From: Utricularia gibba
Taxonomy: Eukaryota; Plantae; Magnoliophyta
NCBI GenBank assembly: GCA_002189035.1
Contig: NEEC01000101.1
Coordinates: 53,918 to 117,917, forward strand
DNA: 64,000 bases
Direction of reading: 5' to 3'
Shown here: in pieces, positions 37,201-51,112 of the stretch
Numbering within the stretch: position 1 is the stretch's first letter
How the letters are laid out: the number at the start of each line of letters is the position of its first letter
The notes under the pieces: generated by a model
The model's input: only the letters and a program-made list of their open reading frames with translations
What the model was told of the DNA's origin: nothing
The model's database searches: none
Translations under genes and position numbers: made by a program

Positions 37201-40200
37201 CAGCTTGCCGTTTTAAGGCGGGTGCTGTCGTTGGCAGCTTTGTAAGGGCCCAAGGTTTGGTCTGGCTCCTGAGCCCAATCGGGTCCTACTCGATGAAAAT
37301 CGTGATGCATTTAATGAAGTTAGGATGTCATGAGCGCCCCAAATGGTTTTCTCAACAACCTGATTTATATTTGACGAGGTGCTCTAGGCTGGCACTAGTA
37401 TCGAGCAAATGGTCGAGTCGCGCTCTGGCCCATAGTCATTTGTAGCCCGGCCAAAAAAGTGATGCATTTATTAACGTTGGGTTTTCGGCGGCTGCCTACA
37501 TGCTTTTTCAAGGAAAAGTTGTCGTTTTTTGGCGGGTGCTGTTGTTGGGAACTTCGTCCGGACCCAAGGTTCGGTCTGACTTCACAGCACAATAAGGTCC
37601 CATTCGACGAAAATCGTGATACCTTTATTGAAGTTAGGATCTCATGACCACCCAAATGCTTTTTTTCAACAGCATGCTATACACTTGAGAAGGCGCTTTT
37701 GTGGGTCACCGAGATCGGGCCGGAATTCGGGTCGAGCTCGGGCCCAAAGTCAGCTGTAGCCCGAAAAAGAAGTGATGCATTTATTAACGTTGGGTTGTCG
37801 GCGGCTGCCCACATGGTTTTTCAAGCAACAGCTTGCCGTTTTAAGGCGGGTGCTGTCGTTGGCAGCTTTGTAAGGGCCCAAGGTTTGGTCTGGCTCCTGA
37901 GCCCAATCGGGTCCTACTCGATGAAAATCGTGATGCATTTAATGAAGTTAGGATGTCATGAGCGCCCCAAATGGTTTTCTCAACAACCTGATTTATATTT
38001 GACGAGGTGCTCTAGGCTGGCACTAGTATCGAGCAAATGGTCGAGTCGCGCTCTGGCCCATAGTCATTTGTAGCCCGGCAAAAAAAGTGATGCATTTTTA
38101 ACGTTGGGTTTTCGGCGGCTGCCTACATGCTTTTTGAAGCAAAAGTTGTCGTTTTTTGGCGGGTGCTGTTGTTGGGAACTTCGTCCGGACCCAAGGTTCG
38201 GTCTGACTTCACAGCACAATAAGGTCCCATTCGACGAAAATCGTGATACCTTTATTGAAGTTAGGATCTCATGACCGCCCCAAATGCTTTTTTCAACAGC
38301 ATGCTTTAAACTTGAGAAGGCGCTTTTGTGGGTCACCGAGATCGGGCCGGAATTCGGTCGGCTTGGGGGACAAAGTCAGCTGTAGCCCGTCAAAAGAAGT
38401 GATGCATTTATTAACGTTGGTTCGGCGGCTGCCCACATGGTTTTTAAAGCAACAGCTTGCCGTTTTAAGGCGGGTGCTGTCGTTGGCAGCTTTGTAAGGG
38501 CCCAAGGTTCGGTCTGGCTCCTGAGCCCAATCGGGTCCTACTCGATGAAAATCGTGATGCATTTGCTTTTGTTAGGATGTCATGAGAACCCCAATGGTTT
38601 TTCTCCACACTCTACTTTATATTTGAGAAGGCGCTCTCGCCAGAGGTCGGGTCGGGCTCTAGTCAGTTGTAGCCCGGAAAATAAGTCATGCATTTATCAA
38701 CGTTGGGTTTTCGGCGGCTGCCTAAATGGTTTTTCAAGCAACAGCTTGCCGTTTTAAGGCGGGTGCTGTCGTTGGCAGCTTTGTAGGGCCCAAGGTTTGG
38801 TCTGGCTCCTGAGCCCAATCGGGTCCTACTCGATGAAAATCGTGATGCATTTAATGAAGTTAGGATGTCATGAGCGCCCCAAATGGTTTTCTCAACAACC
38901 TGATTTATATTTGACGAGGTGCTCTAGGCTGGCACTAGTATCGAGCAAATGGTCGAGTCGCGCTCTGGCCCATAGTCATTTGTAGCCCGGCCAAAAAAGT
39001 GATGCATTTATTAACGTTGGGTTTTCGGCGGCTGCCTACATGCTTTTTGAAGCAAAAGTTGTCGTTTTTTGGCGGGTGCTGTTGTTGGGACTTCGTCCGG
39101 ACCCAAGGTTCGGTCTGACTTCACAGCACAATAAGGTCCCATTCGACGAAAATCGTGATACCTTTATTGAAGTTAGGATCTCATGACCCCAAATGCTTTT
39201 TTCAACAGCATGCTATACACTTGAGAAGGCGCTTTTGTGGGTCACCGAGATCGGCCCGGAATTCGGTCGAGCTCGGGCCCAAAGTCAGCTGTAGCCCGAA
39301 AAAGAAGTGATGCATTTATTAACGTTGGGTTGTCGGCGGCTGCCCACATGGTTTTTCAAGCAACAGCTTGCCGTTTTAAGGCGGGTGCTGTCGTTGGCAG
39401 CTTTGTAAGGGCCCAAGGTTTGGTCTGGCTCCTGAGCCCAATCGGTCCTACTCGATGAAAATCGTGATGCATTTAATGAAGTTAGGATGTCATGAGCGCC
39501 CCAAATGGTTTTCTCAACAACCTGATTTATATTTGACGAGGTGCTCTAGCTGGCACTAGTATCGAGCAAATGGTCGAGTCGCGCTCTGGCCCATAGTCAT
39601 TTGTAGCCCGGCCAAAAAAGTGATGCATTTATTAACGTTGGGTTTTCGGCGGCTGCCTACATGCTTTTTGAAGGAAAAGTTGTCGTTTTTTGGCGGGTGC
39701 TGTTGTTGGGAACTTCGTCCGGACCCAAGGTTCGGTCTGACTTCACAGCACAATAAGGTCCCATTCGACGAAAATCGTGATACCTTTATTGCGTTAGGAT
39801 CTCATGATTACCCCAAATGCTTTTTTCAACAGCATGCTATACACTTGAGAAGGCGCTTTTGTGGGTCACCGAGATCGGCCCGGAATTCGGGTCGAGCTCG
39901 GGCCCAAAGTCAGCTGTAGCCCGATAAAAGAAGTGATGCATTTATTAACGTTGGGTTGTCGGCGGCTGCCCACATGGTTTTTCAAGCAACAGCTTGCCGT
40001 TTTAAGGCGGGTGCTGTCGTTGGCAGCTTTGTAAGGGCCCAAGGTTTGGTCTGGCTCCTGAGCCCAATCGGGTCCTACTCGATGAAAATCGTGATGCATT
40101 TAATGAAGTTAGGATGTCATGAGCGCCCCAAATGGTTTTCTCAACAACCTGATTTATATTTGACGAGGTGCTCTAGGCTGGCACTAGTATCGAGCAAATG

Positions 40201-41812
40201 GTCGAGTCGCGCTCTGGCCCATAGTCATTTGTAGCCCGGCAAAAAAGTGATGCATTTTTAACGTTGGGTTTTCGGCGGCTGCCTACATGCTTTTTCAAGC
40301 AAAAGTTGTCGTTTTTTGGCGGGTGCTGTTGTTGGGAACTTCGTCCGGACCCAAGGTTCGGTCTGACTTCACAGCACAATAAGGTCCCATTCGACGAAAA
40401 TCGTGATACCTTTATTGAAGTTAGGATCTCATGACCGCCCCAAATGCTTTTTTCAACAGCATGCTTTAAACTTGAGAAGGCGCTTTTGTGGGTCACCGAG
40501 ATCGGGCCGGAATTCGGTCGGGCTTGGGGGACAAAGTCAGCTGTAGCCCGTCAAAAGAAGTGATGCATTTATTAACGTTGGCTTGTCGGCGGCTGCCCAC
40601 ATGGTTTTTCAAGCAACAGCTTGCCGTTTTAAGGCGGGTGCTGTCGTTGGCAGCTTTGTAAGGGCCCAAGGTTCGGTCTGGCTCCTGAGCCCAATCGGGT
40701 CCTACTCGATGAAAATCGTGATGCATTTGCTTTTTTAGGATGTCATGAGAACCCCAATGGGTTTTCTCCACACTCTACTTTATATTTGAGAAGGCGCTCT
40801 CGGGGGTTTAGGATTGGGCCAGAGGTCGGGTCGGGCTCACGCCCATAGTCAGTTGTAGCCCGGAAAATAAGTCATGCATTTATCAACGTTGGGTTTTCGG
40901 CGGCTGCCTAAATGGTTTTTCAAGCAACAGCTTGCCGTTTTAAGGCGGGTGCTGTCGTTGGCAGCTTTGTAAGGGCCCAAGGTTTGGTCTGGCTCCTGAG
41001 CCCAATCGGGTCCTACTCGATGAAAATCGTGATGCATTTAATGAAGTTAGGATGTCATGAGCGCCCCAAATGGTTTTCTCAACAACCTGATTTATATTTG
41101 ACGAGGTGCTCTAGGCTGGCACTAGTATCGAGCAAATGGTCGAGTCGCGCTCTGGCCCATAGTCATTTGTAGCCCGGCCAAAAAAGTGATGCATTTATTA
41201 ACGTTGGGTTTTCGGCGGCTGCCTACATGCTTTTTCAAGCAAAAGTTGTCGTTTTTTGGCGGGTGCTGTTGTTGGGAACTTCGTCCGGACCCAAGGTTCG
41301 GTCTGACTTCACAGCACAATAAGGTCCCATTCGACGAAAATCGTGATACCTTTATTGAAGTTAGGATCTCATGATTACCCCAAATGCTTTTTTCAACAGC
41401 ATGCTATACACTTGAGAAGGCGCTTTTGTGGGTCACCGAGATCGGCCCGGAATTCGGGTCGAGCTCGGGCCCAAAGTCAGCTGTAGCCCGATAAAAAGAA
41501 GTGATGCATTTATTAACGTTGGGTTGTCGGCGGCTGCCCACATGGTTTTTCAAGCAACAGCTTGCCGTTTTAAGGCGGGTGCTGTCGTTGGCAGCTTTGT
41601 AAGGGCCCATGGTTCGGTCTGGTTCCTAAGCCCAATCGGGTCCTAGTCGATGAAAATCGTGATGCATTTGCTTTTGTTAGGATGTCATGAGAACCCCAAT
41701 GGGTTTTCTCCACACTCTACTTTATATTTGAGAAGGCGCTCTCGGGGGGTTTTGGGATTGGGCAAGAGGTCGGGTCGGGCTCATGCCATAGTCAGTTGTA
41801 GCCCGAAAATAA
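31207..41812 (+). repeat. HOR run 5,5,7,7,7,3
   Basis: HOR starts at 31207, 32773, 34342, 36520, 38685, 40871 and 41813. Confidence 0.88.
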
Positions 41813-44800
41813 GTGATGCATTTATCAACGTTGGGTTTCGGCGGCTGCCCAAATGGTTTTTCAAGCAACAGCTTGCCGTTTTAAGGCGGGTGCTGTCGTT
41901 GGCAGCTTTGTAAGGGCCCAAGGTTTGGTCTGGCTCCTGAGCCAATCGGGTCCTACTCGATGAAAATCGTGATGCATTTAATGAAGTTAGGATGTCATGA
42001 GCGCCCCAAATGGTTTTCTCAACAACCTGATTTTTATTCGACGAGGTGCTTTAAGCTGGCTCTAGTATCGAGCAAATGGTCGAGTCGCGCTCTGGCCCAT
42101 AGTCATTCGTAGCCCGGCAAAAAAGTGATGCATTTATTAACGTTGGGTTTTCGGCGGCTGCCTACATGCTTTTTCAAGGAAAAGTTGTCGTTTTTTGGCG
42201 GGTGCTGTTGTTGGGAACTTCGTCCGGACCCAAGGTTCGGTCTGACTTCACAGCACAATGAGGTCCCATTCGACGAAAATCGTGATACCTTTATTGAAGT
42301 TAGGATCTCATGACCGCCCAAATGCTTTTTTCAACAGCATGCTATACACTTGAGAAGGCGCTTTTGTGGGTCACCGAGATCGGGCCGGAATTCGGGTCGA
42401 GCTCGGGCCCAAAGTCAACTGTACCGACAAAAGAAGTGATGCATTTATTAACGTTGGGTTGTCGGCGGCTGCCCACATGGTTTTTCAAGCAACAGCTTGC
42501 CGTTTTAAGGCGGGTGCTGTCGTTGGCAGCTTTGTAAGGGCCCATGGTTCGGTCTGGTTCTTAAGCCCAATCGGGTCCTATCGATGAAAATCGTGATGCA
42601 TTTGCTTTTGTTAGGATGTCATGAGAACCCCAATGGGTTTTACTCTACTTTATATTTGATCTCGGGGTTTTGGGATTGGGCAAGAGGTCGGGTCGGGCTC
42701 ATGCCCATAGTCAGTTGTAGCCCAAAAGAAGTGATGCATTTATTAACGTTGGGTTTCGGCGGCTGCCGGTTTTTCAAGCAACAGCTTGCCGTTTTAAGGC
42801 GGGTGCTGTCGTTGGCAGCTTTGTAAGGGCCCAAGGTTTGGTCTGGCTCCTGAGCCCAATCGGGTCCTACTCGATGAAAATCGTGATGCATTTAATGAAG
42901 TTAGGATGTCATGAGCGCCCCAAATGGTTTTCTCAACAACCTGATTTTTATTCGACGAGGTGCTTTAAGCTGGCTCTAGTATCGAGCAAATGGTCGAGTC
43001 GCGCTCTGGCCCATAGTCATTCGTAGCCGGCCAAAAAAGTGATGCATTTATTAACGTTGGGTTTTCGGCGGCTGCCTACATGCTTTTTCAAGGAAAAGTT
43101 GTCGTTTTTTGGCGGGTGCTGTTGTTGGGAACTTCGTCCGGACCCAAGGTTCGGTCTGACTTCACAGCACAATAAGGTCCCATTCGACGAAAATCGTGAT
43201 ACCTTTATTGAAGTTAGGATCTCATGACCCCCAAATGCTTTTTTCAACAGCATGCTTTACACTGAGAAGGCGCTTTTGTGGGTCACCGAGATCGGCCGGA
43301 ATTCGGGTCGAGCTCGGGCCCAAAGTCAGCTGTAGCCCGACAAAAGAAGTGATGCATTTATTAACGTTGGGTTGTCGGCGGCTGCCCACATGGTTTTTCA
43401 AGCAACAGCTTGCCGTTTTAAGGCGGGTGCTGTCGTTGGCAGCTTTGTAAGGGCCCAAGGTTTGGTCTGGCTCCTGAGCCCAATCGGGTCCTACTCGATG
43501 AAAATCGTGATGCATTTAATGAAGTTAGGATGTCATGAGCGCCCCAAATGGTTTTCTCAACAACCTGATTTTATTTGACGAGGTGCTTTAGCTGGCTAGT
43601 ATCGAGCAAATGGTCGAGTCGCGCTCTGGCCCATAGTCATTCGTAGCCCGGCCAAAAAAGTGATGCATTTATTAACGTTGGGTTTTCGGCGGCTGCCTAC
43701 ATGCTTTTTGAAGCAAAAGTTGTCGTTTTTTGGCGGGTGCTGTTGTTGGGAACTTCGTCGGACCCAAGGTTCGGTCTGACTTCACAGCACAATAAGGTCC
43801 CATTCGACGAAAATCGTGATACCTTTATTGAAGTTAGATCTCATGACCACCCCAAATGCTTTTTTCAACAGCATGCTATACACTTGAGAAGGCTTTTGTG
43901 GGTCACCGAGATCGGCCCGGAATTCGGGTCGAGCTCGGGCCCAAAGTCAGCTGTAGCCCGACAAAAGAAGTGATGCATTTATTAACGTTGGGTTGTCGGC
44001 GGCTGCCCACATGGTTTTTCAAGCAACAGCTTGCCGTTTTAAGGCGGGTGCTGTCGTTGGCAGCTTTGTAAGGGCCCAAGGTTTGGTCTGGTTCCTGAGC
44101 CCAATCGGGTCCTACTCGATGAAAATCGTGATGCATTTAATGAAGTTAGGATGTCATGAGCGCCCCAAATGGTTTTCTCAACAACCTGATTTTTATTCGA
44201 CGAGGTGCTTTAAGCTGGCTCTAGTATCGAGCAAATGGTCGAGTCGCGCTCTGGCCCATAGTCATTCGTAGCCCGGCAAAAAGTGATGCATTTATTAACG
44301 TTGGGTTTTCGGCGGCTGCCTACATGCTTTTTCAAGGAAAAGTTGTCGTTTTTTGGCGGGTGCTGTTGTTGGGAACTTCGTCGGACCCAAGGTTCGGTCT
44401 GACTTCACAGCACAATAGGTCCCATTCGACGAAAATCGTGATACCTTTATTGAAGTTAGGATCTCATGACCGCCCAAATGCTTTTTTCAACAGCATGCTA
44501 TACACTTGAGAAGGCGCTTTTGTGGGTCACCGAGATCGGGCCGGAATTCGGTCGAGCTCGGGCCCAAAGTCAGCTGTAGCCCGACAAAAGAAGTGATGCA
44601 TTTATTAACGTTGGGTTGTCGGCGGCTGCCCACATGGTTTTTCAAGCAACAGCTTGCCGTTTTAAGGCGGGTGCTGTCGTTGGCAGCTTTGTAAGGGCCC
44701 ATGGTTCGGTCTGGTTCAAGCCCAATCGGGTCCTAGTCGATGAAAATCGTGATGCATTTGCTTTTGTTAGGATGTCATGAGAACCCCAATGGGTTTTCTC

Positions 44801-47800
44801 CACACTCTACTTTATATTTGAGAAGCGCTCTCGGGGGTTTTTGGGATTGGGCAAGAGGTCGGGTCGGGCTCATGCCCATAGTCAGTTGTAGCCCGACAAA
44901 AGAAGTGATGCATTTATTAACGTTGGGTTTTCGGCGGCTGCCCACATGGTTTTTCAAGCAACAGCTTGCCGTTTTAAGGCGGGTGCTGTCGTTGGCAGCT
45001 TTGTAAGGGCCCAAGGTTTGGTCTGGCTCCTGAGCCCAATCGGGTCTACTCGATGAAAATCGTGATGCATTTAATGAAGTTAGGATGTCATGAGCGCCCC
45101 AAATGGTTTTCTCAACAACCTGATTTTTATTCGACGAGGTGCTTTAAGCTGGCTCTAGTATCGAGCAAATGGTCGAGTCGCGCTCTGGCCCATAGTCATT
45201 CGTAGCCCGGCAAAAAAAGTGATGCATTTATTAACGTTGGGTTTTCGGCGGCTGCCTACATGCTTTTTCAAGGAAAAGTTGTCGTTTTTTGGCGGGTGCT
45301 GTTGTTGGGAACTTCGTCCGGACCCAAGGTTCGGTCTGACTTCACAGCACAATAAGGTCCCATTCGACGAAAATCGTGATACCTTTATTGAAGTTAGGAT
45401 CTCATGACCGCCCCAATTGCTTTTTTCAACAGCATGCTATACACTTGAGAAGGCGCTTTTGTGGGTCACCGAGATCGGGCCGGAATTCGGGTCGAGCTCG
45501 GGCCAAAAGTCAACTGTAGCCCGACAAAAGAAGTGATGCATTTATTAACGTTGGGTTGTCGGCGGCTGCCCACATGGTTTTTCAAGCAACAGCTTGCCGT
45601 TTTAAGGCGGGTGCTGTCGTTGGCAGCTTTGTAAGGGCCCATGGTTCGGTCTGGTTCCTAAGCCCAATCGGGTCCTACTCGATGAAAATCGTGATGCATT
45701 TGCTTTTGTTAGGATGTCATGAGAACCCAATGGGTTTTCTCCACACTCTACTTTATATTTGAGAAGGCGCTCTCGGGGGTTTTGGGATTGGGCAAGAGGT
45801 CGGGTCGGGCTCATGCCCATAGTCAGTTGTAGCCCGAAAAAGAAGTGATGCATTTATTAACGTTGGGTTTCGGCGGCTGCCACATGGTTTTTCAAGCAAC
45901 AGCTTGCCGTTTTAAGGCGGGTGCTGTCGTTGGCAGCTTTGTAAGGGCCCAAGGTTTGGTCTGGCTCCTGAGCCCAATCGGGTCCTACTCGATGAAAATC
46001 GTGATGCATTTAATGAAGTTAGGATGTCATGAGCGCCCCAAATGGTTTTCTCAACAACCTGATTTTTATTCGACGAGGTGCTTTAAGCTGGCTCTAGTAT
46101 CGAGCAAATGGTCGAGTCGCGCTCTGGCCCATAGTCATTTAGCCCGGCCAAAAAAAAAGTGATGCATTTATTAACGTTGGGTTTTCGGCGGCTGCCTACA
46201 TGCTTTTTCAGGAAAAGTTGTCGTTTTTTGGCGGGTGCTGTTGTTGGGAACTTCGTCCGGACCCAAGGTTCGGTCTGACTTCACAGCACAATAAGGTCCC
46301 ATTCGACGAAAATCGTGATACCTTTATTGAAGTTAGGATCTGATTACCCCAAATGCTTTTTTCAACAGCATGCTATACACTTGAGAAGGCGCTTTTGTGG
46401 GTCACCGAGATCGGCCGGAATTCGGGTCGAGCTCGGGCCCAAAGTCAGCTGTAGCCCGACAAAAGAAGTGATGCATTTATTAACGTTGGGTTGTCGGCGG
46501 CTGCCCACATGGTTTTTCAAGCAACAGCTTGCCGTTTTAAGGCGGGTGCTGTCGTTGGCAGCTTTGTAAGGGCCAAGGTTCGGTCTGGCTCCTGAGCCCA
46601 ATCGGGTCCTACTCGATGAAAATCGTGATGCATTTAATGAAGTTAGGATGTCATGAGCGCCCCAAATGGTTTTCTCAACAACCTGATTTTTATTCGACGA
46701 GGTGCTTTAAGCTGGCTCTAGTATCGAGCAAATGGTCGAGTCGCGCTCTGGCCATAGTCATTCGTAGCCCGGAAAAAAGTGATGCATTTATTAACGTTGG
46801 GTTTTCGGCGGCTGCCTACATGCTTTTTCAAGGAAAAGTTGTCGTTTTTTGGCGGGTGCTGTTGTTGGGAACTTCGTCGGACCCAAGGTTCGGTCTGACT
46901 TCACAGCACAATAGGTCCCATTCGACGAAAATCGTGATACCTTTATTGAAGTTAGGATCTCATGACCGCCCCAAATGCTTTTTTCAACAGCATGCTATAC
47001 ACTTGAGAAGGCGCTTTTGTGGGTCACCGAGATCGGGCCGGAATTCGGGTCGAGCTCGGGCCCAAAGTCAGCTGTAGCCCGACAAAAGAAGTGATGCATT
47101 TATTAACGTTGGGTTGTCGGCGGCTGCCCACATGGTTTTTCAAGCAACAGCTTGCCGTTTTAAGGCGGGTGCTGTCGTTGGCAGCTTTGTAAGGGCCCAT
47201 GGTTCGGTCTGGTTCTTAAGCCCAATCGGGTCCTATCGATGAAAATCGTGATGCATTTGCTTTTGTTAGGATGTCATGAGAACCCCAATGGGTTTTCTCC
47301 ACACTCTACTTTATATTTGAGAAGGCTCTCGGGGGGTTTTGGGATTGGGCAAGAGGTCGGGTCGGGCTCATGCCCATAGTCAGTTGTAGCCCGGAAAAAA
47401 GTGATGCATTTATTAACGTTGGGTTCGGCGGCTGCCTGGTTTTTCAAGCAACAGCTTGCCGTTTTAAGGCGGGTGCTGTCGTTGGCAGCTTTGTAAGGCC
47501 CAAGGTTTGGTCTGGCTCCTGAGCCCAATCGGGTCCTACTCGATGAAAATCGTGATGCATTTAATGAAGTTAGGATGTCATGAGCGCCCAAATGGTTTTC
47601 TCAACAACCTGATTTTTATTCGACGAGGTGCTTTAAGCTGGCTCTAGTATCGAGCAAATGGTCGAGTCGCGCTCTGGCCCATAGTCATTCGTAGCCCGGC
47701 CAAAAAGTGATGCATTTATTAACGTTGGGTTTTCGGCGGCTGCCTACATGCTTTTTCAAGGAAAAGTTGTCGTTTTTTGGCGGGTGCTGTTGTTGGGAAC

Positions 47801-50500
47801 TTCGTCCGGACCCAAGGTTCGGTCTGACTTCACAGCACAATAAGGTCCCATTCGACGAAAATCGTGATACCTTATTGAAGTTAGGATCTCATGATTACCC
47901 CAAATGCTTTTTTCAACAGCATGCTATACACTTGAGAAGGCGCTTTTGTGGGTCCCGAGATCGGCCCGGAATTCGGGTCGAGCTCGGGCCCAAAGTCAGC
48001 TGTAGCCGACAAAAGAAGTGATGCATTTATTAACGTTGGGTTGTCGGCGGCTGCCCACATGGTTTTTCAAGCAACAGCTTGCCGTTTTAAGGCGGGTGCT
48101 GTCGTTGGCAGCTTTGTAAGGGCCCAAGGTTCGGTCTGGTCCTGAGCCCAATCGGGTCCTACTCGATGAAAATCGTGATGCATTTAATGAAGTTAGGATG
48201 TCATGAGCGCCCCAAATGGTTTTCTCAACAACCTGATTTTTATTCGACGAGGTGCTTTAAGCTGGCTCTAGTATCGAGCAAATGGTCGAGTCGCGCTCTG
48301 GCCCATAGTCATTCGTAGCCCGGCAAAAAAGTGATGCATTTATTAACGTTGGGTTTTCGGCGGCTGCCTACATGCTTTTTCAAGGAAAAGTTGTCGTTTT
48401 TTGGCGGGTGCTGTTGTTGGGAACTTCGTCCGGACCCAAGGTTCGGTCTGACTTCACAGCACAATAAGGTCCCATTCGACGAAAATCGTGATACCTTTAT
48501 TGAAGTTAGGATCTCATGACCACCCCAAATGCTTTTTTCAACAGCATGCTTTAAACTTGAGAAGGCGCTTTTGTGGGTCACCGAGATCGGGCCGGAATTC
48601 GGTCGGCTCGGGGCCAAAGTCAGCTGTAGCCCGACAAAAGAAGTGATGCATTTATTAACGTTGGGTTGTCGGCGGCTGCCCACATGGTTTTTCAAGCAAC
48701 AGCTTGCCGTTTTAAGGCGGGTGCTGTCGTTGGCAGCTTTGTAAGGGCCCAAGGTTTGGTCTGGCTCCTGAGCCCAATCGGGTCCTACTCGATGAAAATC
48801 GTGATGCATTTAATGAAGTTAGGATGTCATGAGCGCCCCAAATGGTTTTCTCAACAACCTGATTTTTATTTGACGAGGTGCTTTAAGCTGGCTCTAGTAT
48901 CGAGCAAATGGTCGAGTCGCGCTCTGGCCCATAGTCATTTGTAGCCCGGCCAAAAAAGTGATGCATTTATTAACGTTGGGTTTTCGGCGGCTGCCTACAT
49001 GCTTTTTCAAGGAAAAGTTGTCGTTTTTTGGCGGGTGCTGTTGTTGGGAACTTCGTCCGGACCCAAGGTTCGGTCTGACTTCACAGCACAATAGGTCCCA
49101 TTCGACGAAAATCGTGATACCTTTATTGAAGTTAGGATCTCATGACCGCCCCAAATGCTTTTTTCAACAGCATGCTATACACTTGAGAAGGCGCTTTTGT
49201 GGGTCACCGAGATCGGGCCGGAATTCGGGTCGAGCTCGGGCCCAAAGTCAGCTGTAGCCCGACAAAAGAAGTGATGCATTTATTAACGTTGGGTTGTCGG
49301 CGGCTGCCACATGGTTTTTCAAGCAACAGCTTGCCGTTTTAAGGCGGGTGCTGTCGTTGGCAGCTTTGTAAGGGCCCAAGGTTCGGTCAAGCCCAATCGG
49401 GTCCTAGTCGATGAAAATCGTGATGCATTTGCTTTTGTTAGGATGTCATGAGAACCCAATGGGTTTTCTCCACACTCTACTTTATATTTGAGAAGGCGCT
49501 CTCGGGGGGTTTTGGATTGGGCAAGAGGTCGGGTCGGGCTCGGCCCATAGTCAGTTGTAGCCCGACAAAAAAGTGATGCATTTATAACGTTGGGTTTTCG
49601 GCGGCTGCCTACATGGTTTTTCAAGCAACAGCTTGCCGTTTTAAGGCGGGTGCTGTCGTTGGCAGCTTTGTAAGGGCCCAAGGTTTGGTCTGGCTCCTGA
49701 GCCCAATCGGGTCCTACTCGATGAAAATCGTGATGCATTTAATGAAGTTAGGATGTCATGAGCGCCCAAATGGTTTTCTCAACAACCTGATTTTTATTCG
49801 ACGAGGTGCTTTAGCTGGCTCTAGTATCGAGCAAATGGTCGAGTCGCGCTCTGGCCCATAGTCATTTGTAGCCCGGCCAAAAAAGTGATGCATTTATTAA
49901 CGTTGGGTTTTCGGCGGCTGCCTACATGCTTTTTCAAGGAAAAGTTGTCGTTTTTTTGGCGGGTGCTGTTGTTGGGAACTTCGTCCGGACCCAAGGTTCG
50001 GTCTGACTTCACAGCACAATAGGTCCCATTCGACGAAAATCGTGATACCTTATTTGAAGTTAGGATCTCATGACCGCCCCAAATGCTTTTTTCAACAGCA
50101 TGCTATAACTTGAGAAGGCGCTTTTGTGGGTCACCGAGATCGGGCCGGAATTCGGGTCGAGCTCGGGCCCAAAGTCAGCTGTAGCCCGACAAAAGAAGTG
50201 ATGCATTTATTAACGTTGGGTTGTCGGCGGCTGCCCACATGGTTTTTCAAGCAACAGCTTGCCGTTTTAAGGCGGGTGCTGTCGTTGGCAGCTTTGTAAG
50301 GGCCCAAGGTTTGGTCTGGCTCCTGAGCCCAATCGGGTCCTACTCGATGAAAATCGTGATGCATTTAATGAAGTTAGGATGTCATGAGCGCCCAAATGGT
50401 TTTTCTCAACAACCTGATTTTTATTCGACGAGGTGCTTTAAGCTGGCTCTAGTATCGAGCAAATGGTCGAGTCGCGCTCTGGCCCATAGTCGTAGCCCGG
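41610..50500 (+). repeat. Divergent satellite subfamily block (subfamily III; HORs 3,7,3,5,7,5)
   Basis: T1' reads GATTTTTATTCGACGAGGTGCTTTAAGCTGGCTCTAG and CATTCGTAG. D' reads GGCCCATGGTTCGGTCTGGTTC, GGGCAAGAGG and CTCATGCCC. HOR starts at 41813, 42731, 44905, 45845, 47401, 49573 and 51113. Block boundaries are approximate. Confidence 0.9.
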
Positions 50501-51112
50501 CAAAAAAGTGATGCATTTATTAACGTTGGGTTTTCGGCGGCTGCCTACATGCTTTTCAAGGAAAAGTTGTCGTTTTTTGGCGGGTGCTGTTGTTGGGAAC
50601 TTCGTCCGGACCCAAGGTTCGGTCTGACTTCACAGCACAATAAGGTCCCATTCGACGAAAATCGTGATACCTTTATTGAAGTTAGGATCTCATGACCCCC
50701 AAATGCTTTTTTCAACAGCATGCTTTAAACTTGAGAAGGCGCTTTTGTGGGTCACCGAGATCGGGCCGGAATTCGGTCGGGCTTGGGGGACAAAGTCAGC
50801 TGTAGCCCGTCAAAAGAAGTGATGCATTTATTAACGTTGGGTTGTCGGCGGCTGCCCACATGGTTTTTAAGCAACAGCTTGCCGTTTTAAGGCGGGTGCT
50901 GTCGTTGGCAGCTTTGTAAGGGCCCAAGCGGCTCCTGAGCCCAATCGGGTCCTACTCGATGAAAATCGTGATGCATTTGCTTTTGTTAGGATGTCATGAG
51001 AACCCCAATGGGTTTTCTCCACACTCTACTTTATATTGAGAAGGCGCTCTCGGGGGGTTTGGGATTGGGCCAGAGGTCGGGTCGGGCTTAGTCAGTTGTA
51101 GCCGGAAAATAA

